Positions 54,865-64,000 of a stretch of DNA of 64,000 nt are shown here, one piece after another. Under the pieces are notes generated by a model that was not told the origin of the DNA, did no database searches, and saw nothing but the letters and a program-made list of their open reading frames with translations. Numbering within the stretch: position 1 is the first letter of the stretch; every line of letters begins with the position of its first letter. The stretch is taken from assembly GCA_023229865.1 (NCBI GenBank), contig JALNYL010000001.1, positions 87,008 through 151,007 of the forward strand, written 5' to 3'. Both the position numbers and the translations under genes were made by a program. This DNA is from Minisyncoccota bacterium. GTDB taxonomy: Bacteria > Patescibacteriota > Minisyncoccia > Phycocordibacterales > UBA1550.

Positions 54865-56577
54865 TTATAATGTGGTTTTTGTTAGGGTGTGTAATTCTTT
54901 TGAAATCACTTGGCACTCTGCTAAAAGTTTTTCCGCACGCGACACATCTCCTGCGCTCTCTGCTTGTTTAAGCTCTGCCATCTTTGCGGTAAATTTCTCA
55001 CGCAGAATCTCTTCTTCTAACCCCTTCAATAATTCATTCAACTCTTCCTCTACTCTCTCGCTCCCCTGGAGTCGCGCCTCTGCTTCAAAGATGAGCGCAT
55101 CTCTATCCAGTATCTCGGGTGGGCTCTCCATGAGCTTTGCAAATCGCGCACGATATTCAGAGATATTTTTAAGGGTAGCATCCTTCAAACTTTCTTGCCA
55201 CATAAGTATCCCCAGGGTGGTGCGTGCGATGCGATCCTGACGTGAGAGCGGTGTCGCTGTGCGTTCAAGTGTTTCCACTTTTTGAACAATGCTTGCCATC
55301 CCCGCACGCTTCTTGATCTCGTCCCACACAGCCTCTTCTTTGATCCCGAGGAGTTTCGCAATCTCTCCCGCGTAGTGACCTTGATCAATAGAGCTCTTGA
55401 GAAGCGCAACAAACGGGATGATAACTTCGGAGACTTTTGCACGAAGCTCTGTTTTGTCTTTATGAAGCTCGGGCAAAAGTTCGAGATACAAATCAATCAC
55501 TTGCTTTGCATTCTTCACGGCGCTTACCCAGAGTGCAGGGTCTTTACGCGCTACATCTGCAGGGTCCATCCCTTCTGGCAAACGAGCAATGCGCACCGTA
55601 AGGTCGTGCGAAAGTGCGAGCTCTACAGCACGATGAGCCGCAGCAATCCCCGCACTGTCCGCATCAAACGCAAGAATGATGTTTTTCGTAAAACGATTAA
55701 TCATATCGAGGTGCTCTCCCGTGAGGGCTGTCCCCGATGATGCGACAGTATTGGTGACCCCCGCTTGATGCGAAAGGATGAGATCCATCTGTCCTTCCAC
55801 AAGGACGCACGCATCTTCATGACGAATCGCCTCGCGAGCCTGGGAAAATCCAAAGAGTGCGCGCGACTTATGGAATATTTCCGTTTCCGGGCTATTCACA
55901 TATTTCGCACTTGCCGAAGCGCCAAGCGTCTTCCCTGCTTCTTCCTTGAGGATACGCCCCGAGAACGCGATCACGCGTCCCGAGCTATCCGTAATAGGAA
56001 ACATTACACGTCCGCGGAATCTATCGTAGAAACCTTTGGGTGAACGCACAATGAGTCCCGCACGTTCCATTACGCTTTCGGGAATCCCCTTTTTGGTAAG
56101 GAAGTCACCGAGAGAACGCCACTCGTCAGGAGCGAATCCTACGCGGAAACTTTTTATCGTTTCTTGTGTAAGTCCACGACCCGTGAGGTATGAGACTGCA
56201 TCGGGGAATTTCGGAAGTACCGCTTCGTAAAACTTGGTAGCAAGCTCCATCGTCATAAAGATAGCATCACGCTCATCCTTTGCTCCTGGGCGCTCGCGCT
56301 TGAGCTCTACTCCCGCGCGTTCTGCGAGGATCTTGAGTGCCCCCTGAAAATCGAGCCCCTCTACTTCTTCAACGAACGAGATAATATCACCACCTTTATT
56401 GCAACCAAAACAATGATACGTTTGGCGCGCAGGCGAGATAAAGAACGAAGGGGTGCGCTCGTTGTGGAACGGGCAGCACGCCTTGAAATTCCCCCCAGCT
56501 TTTTCGAGCTTGAGGTATCCGGCTGCGATATCAACAATGTTGAGTCGTGATTTTATATCTTCGATGACAGATGACAT
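54865..56577 (-). CDS. dnaG: DNA primase DnaG
   Basis: CHC2 zinc finger [30 protein letters not shown], a TOPRIM domain (..EGQMDLI.., DADSAG), and dnaG-rpoD operon synteny. Confidence 0.9.
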   Translation of the reverse strand: MSSVIEDIKSRLNIVDIAAGYLKLEKAGGNFKACCPFHNERTPSFFISPARQTYHCFGCNKGGDIISFVEEVEGLDFQGALKILAERAGVELKRERPGAKDERDAIFMTMELATKFYEAVLPKFPDAVSYLTGRGLTQETIKSFRVGFAPDEWRSLGDFLTKKGIPESVMERAGLIVRSPKGFYDRFRGRVMFPITDSSGRVIAFSGRILKEEAGKTLGASASAKYVNSPETEIFHKSRALFGFSQAREAIRHEDACVLVEGQMDLILSHQAGVTNTVASSGTALTGEHLDMINRFTKNIILAFDADSAGIAAAHRAVELALSHDLTVRIARLPEGMDPADVARKDPALWVSAVKNAKQVIDLYLELLPELHKDKTELRAKVSEVIIPFVALLKSSIDQGHYAGEIAKLLGIKEEAVWDEIKKRAGMASIVQKVETLERTATPLSRQDRIARTTLGILMWQESLKDATLKNISEYRARFAKLMESPPEILDRDALIFEAEARLQGSERVEEELNELLKGLEEEILREKFTAKMAELKQAESAGDVSRAEKLLAECQVISKELHTLTKTTL

Positions 56578-56623
56578 TCGATTTTGTGAAGGTTAGACTC
56601 ATCGAACACGGGCACACAGGAAA

Positions 56624-60256
<3,633 letters not shown>

Positions 60257-60274
60257 AATGATTTAGAATTAGGC

Positions 60275-63200
60275 TTATTTATTCTCTCCTTTTTTCAAGA
60301 GTGAGACATCGAGTGAGAGCCCGCGTAGATAATTGAGGAGCACGTTGAATGATTCTGGAATGTTGGTATTGAGAATGTCATTACCCTTCACGATAGAATC
60401 AAATGCTTCTGAACGTCCGGTGATGTCGTCTGACTTGATCGTGAGCATTTCGCGAAGTACGTTTGACGCACCGTAACCTTCGAGAGCCCACACTTCCATT
60501 TCACCGAAACGCTGTCCTCCACCCTGTGCTTTACCTCCGAGAGGCTGCTGGGTAATGAGAGAGTAAGGCCCGATTGAACGCATGTGAATCTTGTCTTCAA
60601 CCATGTGGTTAAGTTTCAAGATGTACATATAGCCCACCGCGATGTCCTGGTCAAAAGCCTCACCGTTGCGTCCGTCAAAGAGTTTCATCTTTCCGTCTGC
60701 ACGGTAGCCTGCGTTTACGAGTTCACCCTTGATCTCATCTACGGTCGCTCCCATAAATGGAGGAACGATAGCCTGATAGCCAAGTGTGTGCGCTGCGAGA
60801 CCCAAGTGGAGCTCGAGAATCTGTCCGAGGTTCATACGTGAAGGCACACCAAGTGGTGTAAGCACTACGTCGATAGGAGTACCGTCTGCCATGTACGGCA
60901 TGTCTTCTTCTGGAAGAATCACTGAGATAACACCCTTGTTACCGTGACGTCCTGCGAGCTTGTCGCCGACAGAGATGTTACGTACCTGAGCAACCTCAAT
61001 GTGAATACGCTTGATGATACCACTGTCGAGCGCATCACCCTTCTCACGTGAGAATACCTTTACGCCGATAACGCGACCGCGCTTGCCGTGGTCCATACGG
61101 AGTGAAGTGTCCTTCACATCGCGTGCCTTGTCTCCGAAAATCGAACGGAGAAGACGCTCTTCTGGAGTGAGTTCTGTCTCACCCTTTGGTGTAATCTTAC
61201 CAACGAGAATATCTCCTGGGTGTACTTCTGCACCGATACGGATGATACCGTCTTCGTCGAGGTCCTTGAGCTTGAGCTCACCAACGTTTGGAATATCGTG
61301 GGTTGTCACCTCGGGTCCGAGTTTGGTATCACGCACGTTTACCACGAATTCATCCATGTGAATCGATGTGAACTTGCTGTTCTTTACGAGACGCTCTGAA
61401 AGAATGATCGCGTCTTCGTAGTTGCTACCTGCCCATGACATAAATGCCACGAGAGCGTTCTGACCGATCGCAATCTGACCCTTGTCTGATGACGAAGTGT
61501 CTGCGAGTACGGCACCCTTCTTTACCTTGTCGCCTACGTTTACGATAGGACGCTGGTGGAATGCGGTGAAGCCGTTGGTACGTGAGAAGGTCACAAGGTT
61601 GAATGTGTGTTCCTTCTTGTCGCCCTTGAGAACAATCTTCTTTGCATCTGAATGTGTGATGGTTCCCTCTTCTGGAGCGATGATAAGACGACCTGTGTCG
61701 CGTGCTGCCATACCTTCCATACCGGTCGCAACAAGCGGAGCCTCAGGCACGATCACAGGGATCGCCTGCTTCTGCATGTTAGAACCCATGAGTGCGCGGT
61801 TCGCGTTGTCGTGCTCAAGGAATGGAATCATCGATGTTGCCACCGAGTACGCCTGGTTTGCGGCGATATCCATGAAGTGCACGTTTGCACGCTCTACGAG
61901 CTCAGGGTGTCCTGCGCGACGTACTTCTACCTTCTCTTCAACGATCTTGTCGCCATCCATCTTGAGCGATGCGTGCGCGATGTTGTACTGCTCTTCTTCG
62001 AGCGCGTCCATGTACACGATTTCCTTGGTGAGCTTGCCATCCTTTACCTTTACGTAAGGAGTTTCGATCATACCGAAATCATTGATACGAGCGTAGCAAG
62101 AAAGACGGAGAATAAGACCGATGTTTGGACCTTCGGGGGTGTGAATAGGACAAAGACGTCCGTAGTGCGATGTGTGCACGTCACGAACTTCGATACCTGC
62201 ACGCTCACGTGTGAGACCTCCTGGTCCGAGTGCTGAGAAAGTACGAAGTGATTCAATTTCTGAAAGCACGTTGTACTGTGTCATGAACTGTGAGAGCTGG
62301 TTTGTCGCAAAGAATTCCTTGAGACGAGCCTGGAGTGGACGTGGAGAGATGAACTGTACCGGGAGGGTCGCATCGGTGTCGATAGTCGACATACGATCCT
62401 GAATGTTACGCTTCATCTGTGTCATACCTACACGGATCTTCTGCTGGAGCATTTCTCCTACAGAACGAATACGACGAGAACCGAGGTGGTCGATGTCGTC
62501 GGGGAGTGAACGAGGGTCAGCGTTGAGCTTTACAATGTGACCAACGATTGCAGCAACGTCGCTTGCGTCGACAGTGCGACGTGCGATTTCTGCCTTGTCG
62601 AGAGACTTTCCGAAACGCTTGTTGAACTTGAAGCGACCCACTTCTGAGAGGTCATACTTCTCCTTGGCGAAGATTGAGTTCACGAAACCACGAGCGTTTT
62701 CAGCTGTTGCGAGATCACCATCGCGGAGCTTCTTGTGGATTTCAATAAATGACTCATCAGGAGTTGTTGCGGTATCCTTGGCGAGAGTTGCCTCGATAAC
62801 CTTCTTTGCAGCTTCATCCTTTGAGAAGAGCTTCAAGATTGCATCATTGTTCTCGGCGCCGAGTGCGCGGAGGAGCACTGACACAGGGAACTTGCGCTTC
62901 TTGTCGATGCGTACGTATACAGCACCGTCTGGATCTGACTCTACTTCTACCCATGCGCCACGGCCTGGGATGATTTTTGCACCGAAGTAGCGCTTACCCT
63001 TGAGCTCGTCCACAGTGAATGACACACCGAAAGAACGTGAGATCTGAGGAACGACAACACGTTCAACCCCGTTCACGATAAAGGTACCGTGCGAGGTCAT
63101 CATTGGGAAATCAGCCATAAAGATTTCCTGCTCTTTCTCACTCTTAAATGTTTTGTTGATAAGCTTTACGCGCGCCTTGAGAGGAGCTTCGTATGAGAGC

Positions 63201-63430
63201 TTATTTTCTTTTGCAAAATACTCGTCGTACTTTGGCGCTGAAAGTTCAATGCCCACGAATTCGAGTGCAAACTTTTTCCCTGAGTAGTCTTCAATCGGAG
63301 AAAATTCTTTAAATGCTTCTTTGAGTCCTGTTTCGAGGAGCCACTTGTAGGACTTCAGGTGTGTCTCTACCAAGTTTGGCATCTCTACCTGCGGCTTCTT
63401 GTACCGCGCAAAAGTTTTCTGTGGTCGCAT
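60275..63430 (-). CDS. rpoB: DNA-directed RNA polymerase beta subunit
   Basis: Rif region ..FFATNQLSQFMTQYNVLSEIESLRTFSALGPGGL.., GEMEVWALEGYGA, and a 1,051-aa product directly upstream of rpoC. Confidence 0.95.
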   Translation of the reverse strand: MRPQKTFARYKKPQVEMPNLVETHLKSYKWLLETGLKEAFKEFSPIEDYSGKKFALEFVGIELSAPKYDEYFAKENKLSYEAPLKARVKLINKTFKSEKEQEIFMADFPMMTSHGTFIVNGVERVVVPQISRSFGVSFTVDELKGKRYFGAKIIPGRGAWVEVESDPDGAVYVRIDKKRKFPVSVLLRALGAENNDAILKLFSKDEAAKKVIEATLAKDTATTPDESFIEIHKKLRDGDLATAENARGFVNSIFAKEKYDLSEVGRFKFNKRFGKSLDKAEIARRTVDASDVAAIVGHIVKLNADPRSLPDDIDHLGSRRIRSVGEMLQQKIRVGMTQMKRNIQDRMSTIDTDATLPVQFISPRPLQARLKEFFATNQLSQFMTQYNVLSEIESLRTFSALGPGGLTRERAGIEVRDVHTSHYGRLCPIHTPEGPNIGLILRLSCYARINDFGMIETPYVKVKDGKLTKEIVYMDALEEEQYNIAHASLKMDGDKIVEEKVEVRRAGHPELVERANVHFMDIAANQAYSVATSMIPFLEHDNANRALMGSNMQKQAIPVIVPEAPLVATGMEGMAARDTGRLIIAPEEGTITHSDAKKIVLKGDKKEHTFNLVTFSRTNGFTAFHQRPIVNVGDKVKKGAVLADTSSSDKGQIAIGQNALVAFMSWAGSNYEDAIILSERLVKNSKFTSIHMDEFVVNVRDTKLGPEVTTHDIPNVGELKLKDLDEDGIIRIGAEVHPGDILVGKITPKGETELTPEERLLRSIFGDKARDVKDTSLRMDHGKRGRVIGVKVFSREKGDALDSGIIKRIHIEVAQVRNISVGDKLAGRHGNKGVISVILPEEDMPYMADGTPIDVVLTPLGVPSRMNLGQILELHLGLAAHTLGYQAIVPPFMGATVDEIKGELVNAGYRADGKMKLFDGRNGEAFDQDIAVGYMYILKLNHMVEDKIHMRSIGPYSLITQQPLGGKAQGGGQRFGEMEVWALEGYGASNVLREMLTIKSDDITGRSEAFDSIVKGNDILNTNIPESFNVLLNYLRGLSLDVSLLKKGENK

Positions 63431-63686
63431 ATGGTGATGTGTAACGCGTTAGAAAAGAATCTTCTACCCTTGGCTAAAATAGCAAAAATCAAAAAGGCAC
63501 GGAATATCCACCTTTTTGACTACAATTGGTATCAGAAACTTAATACCCTTAATAAATTGTGACTCTGTCTATCTACGGCGCCAAGTACGCAATCAAATTA
63601 CCGTTAAAACAAGTATACCACACCCAGAAACGCCGTCAATAGGGATTTTGAGCTTATTTTATAAAGGTAGTACAACAGTCAACGTG

Positions 63687-63998
63687 TTATTTAGAAATGA
63701 TGCCAGAATCAACTAACTCCTCTCTGAATTGTTCCAAAAACTTTTCCAAAAATTGGGTTCTCTTTCTTGCCATTTTTTTTGCCAACTCTGTGTGCATTGT
63801 CTTTTCTACAATAAGGAGTCTTCTGTAAAAAAGATCAATCCCCGACCTAAAATCAGTGTGCCCATTTTCGCAAAATGGGTCTTCGGGGGAATAAAACGGT
63901 CTATTCATTTGGCCACTAGATGCAAAAGTTCGCATAATTGATATCGCTCCTGTAGCCTCCAATCTGTCAGCATCTTGAAGACCCTTTGCTTCAATCAA
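63687..63998 (-). CDS. HD-domain phosphohydrolase (YpgQ-like), 5' end beyond the window
   Basis: C-terminal HD-domain signature ..KGLQDADRLEATGAISIMRTFA... The ORF runs to the window edge. Confidence 0.45.
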   Translation of the reverse strand: MIEAKGLQDADRLEATGAISIMRTFASSGQMNRPFYSPEDPFCENGHTDFRSGIDLFYRRLLIVEKTMHTELAKKMARKRTQFLEKFLEQFREELVDSGIISK

Positions 63999-64000
63999 GT

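Noticed and set aside
63431-63686. tRNA gene in the 256-bp region upstream of rpoB
   Set aside because: There is no acceptor-stem/T-arm complementarity or conserved GTTC motif. The region is AT-rich, consistent with the rpoB promoter/leader.

Overview
This 64 kb window is densely coding bacterial chromosome, read from the sequence alone; no database search was run. The content (a secretin-less type IV pilus locus, giant repeat-rich surface proteins, a sigma-70 with a basic AKP-repeat N-terminus, a bacterial SET-domain protein) fits a small-genome, monoderm-like bacterium, possibly of the Patescibacteria/CPR type. That lineage call is inference only.

Contents from left to right:
- A small accessory-looking island (0.7-3.9 kb): a ClpP-family peptidase-like gene, three tandem paralogous small Cys/His (zinc-ribbon-like) proteins, and a calcineurin-like metallophosphoesterase bracketed by two copies of a long perfect palindrome.
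- A cold-shock protein gene.
- An operon of two paralogous PAS/GAF sensor histidine kinases (one 1,728 aa with a periplasmic solute-binding domain) plus a stand-alone receiver.
- A 1,467 aa secreted repeat protein ending in a canonical dockerin, followed immediately by a membrane-anchored protein with an N-terminal cohesin-like module.
- A SET-domain protein, an HI0933-type flavoprotein, and a kinase-less PAS sensor.
- A P-type ATPase with an atypical TM6 motif.
- A MacA/MacB-type efflux system.
- A roughly 21 kb type IV pilus locus. It holds five prepilin-like genes, a 1,248 aa adhesin, a beta-lactamase-like hydrolase, pilC, pilB, pilD, two tandem pilin paralogs, an orphan receiver, a frameshifted PAS gene, an FNR-like reductase, a Cache/HAMP/PAS histidine kinase and pilM/N/O-like genes.
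- An FAD-linked oxidase, znuABC-like metal uptake genes, engB, a DsbA-like protein, and dnaG-rpoD.
- rpoC-rpoB and a partial HD-domain gene at the right edge.

No rRNA, tRNA, CRISPR array, integrase or transposase was recognised. Several unusually long perfect palindromes and short out-of-frame tandem repeats at gene 5' ends are recorded as findings.
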